Origin: Thraustochytrium aureum
Taxonomy: Eukaryota
NCBI GenBank assembly: GCA_012862495.1
Contig: BLSG01000391.1
Coordinates: forward strand, 28,388 to 74,067
Length of the DNA stretch: 45,680 bases
Direction of reading: 5' to 3'
Shown here: positions 44,239-45,680 of the stretch, one piece after another
Layout of the letters: each line of letters begins with the position of its first letter
Numbering within the stretch: the stretch's first letter is position 1
The notes under the pieces: model-generated
What the model was told of the DNA's origin: nothing
Database searches by the model: none
The model's input: the letters and a program-made list of their open reading frames with translations, nothing else
Made by a program: the position numbers and the translations under genes

Positions 44239-45302
44239 CTAGCGTTTACATCCGTCGACGGACGCCTCCATCGTTTTGTCCCTCGATTGTGTCTTGACGG
44301 CCTCCGCTTTCGGGGAAACGTCTCTGACCTGCGCTCGTCGGCGGCAACACAGATTGGGCTTCCACACCTTGTGATTGAAAGCGAGAAGGATCCCGCAATT
44401 GATCAACGTGTCTCCGCCACAGAGCACGTTGGTCAGCGCTCGAGGCCAATGCGTGCTAGGATCCTCGGGGTCCACGAACGATTGGAGGACGCCAGAGAGC
44501 GACACGGTCACAAGGGTTGAAAAGACAGCCCAAAAGCAGAGCCGAAAGTTGCGCTGCGCTGCCCTGAGCATGTGCCTGGCCCATGGCGGCGTCTTTCCCT
44601 CTCCAATCTCCATGTCCTTGAGAAGTACACGCGTGCACCTCACCATACAGACCCAAAAATAGTACGTAAAGGCGCAAGAGAGAACCGTGTCGGCTGCGAC
44701 GAAAGCCAATGCGAACCAAAGGGGGAGCAGAATAATGCATGACTCGCGCGACGAAGCGGCCATCAAATCCACGCCGACACTCTCGCCACGCTGGGCGACA
44801 GGTGCAGGGTTCTCGCTCACTGGGACACCGTCAAAGTAGAAGAATTCGAGGATAAACAACGCTGGCACAGTCGCCGTCGCGAATTTTAGGACCCTGAACC
44901 CGAGTTCAAGTCCCGGCGTTCAAGCCCTGGCATCATTTGCGCTTGGTTCCATACAATGTCGATGCGATGGAGAAGAAAGATGTAGACGCATAGTCGAGAA
45001 AGCAGATACATTGCAGGGACGGCCCGGCCCAGCACATGGCAGAAGAGATCCAAAGACGACTCTTCGTCGTGCTCGTCGCGAAAGTCAATGAAGAACTGAA
45101 GACCCCCACCCACGAACAGCAAAATACTGACGGCGATATTTACGAGCTGGATGCGCAACCCGGTCTCTGCTTTGGACTGCGTTGCCCTTGCCTCCCGCCA
45201 CGCTTTCGCGATTGCCCACAGCGCAACGTGAAAATAAACGAGGCCAACCACAGTCGTGGCTCGCGTGAACCTGGCAATTCTGGCCGTCGCAGATGTTGCC
45301 AT
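44239..45302 (-). CDS. 7TM (GPCR-like) protein, paralogue A, with one single-base frameshift near 44905
   Basis: ATG at 45302. TM1-3 lie in ORF 44886-45449 and TM4-7 in ORF 44239-44868. Alignment to paralogue B (PGLEDRGLRLAKKLLKLATAAVP vs PGLERRDL-aa-LGFRVLKFATATVP) shows one missing base. Confidence 0.75.
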
Positions 45303-45680
45303 CGTTATCGGGCTGTCGTCGCCGCCCGGCTCGCTCCCGCGCGCAGTGTCAGCCTCGGCGCAGTGGCATTGCCAGACTGCTTGAGGTAAGAATGAGGAGC
45401 ATTGGGGCCTGTATGGCATTGACGTATGTCCGTTGGATCCGTTGAACATCGACCTTTCTCACGCCTAACGCTTGTAGCTTTGCACTCCTCAGCTCGACAC
45501 AGTAGGCATACTGCCTGCGTGCTCAGCTTGTTTTGCCCATCGCGTGCGATGGGCTTGAGCCGCCTGAGACAACTCTCTGTGATGTGATCGGCGCAAACAC
45601 CTGCGCCTCGCGACGAGAGTGTCGGGAACCACAAGAAGCGTGATGAGAAGTGGGGAAGCGGGAAAAGCGAAGAGCAACTT

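Overview
A GC-rich, gene-dense eukaryotic window with apparently intron-free genes, from a draft assembly with 11 N-gaps. The compact intronless layout and gene set suggest a protist, possibly a thraustochytrid/labyrinthulomycete stramenopile (inference only). In order it contains: a decayed coding-like stretch (~0.3-2.5 kb); a large protein fusing 14 RCC1 repeats to an IQGAP-type RasGAP domain and C-terminal domain; xylulokinase; a DUF2804-like protein; an FLVCR-type MFS transporter; the Spb1/FTSJ3 rRNA methyltransferase; a FAM173/ATPSCKMT-like methyltransferase; tRNA-Leu(CAG); a flavohemoglobin with a CPMH tail; an EGF-like/7TM protein; a DUF2236 (mpaB/Lcp-like) oxygenase; an EPG5 homologue split by two frameshifts; an Sfi1-repeat-like protein; and two tandem 7TM paralogues. 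Several single-base frameshifts sit at short base runs and are most simply sequencing errors. The strongest leads are the RCC1-IQGAP-like pseudo-GAP fusion, EPG5 in an apparently non-metazoan genome, a palindromic 36-bp triplication over the xylulokinase stop, the heme-motif-tailed flavohemoglobin and recurrent intergenic CTAG tracts. All family calls come from motif recognition by eye; no database searches were run.
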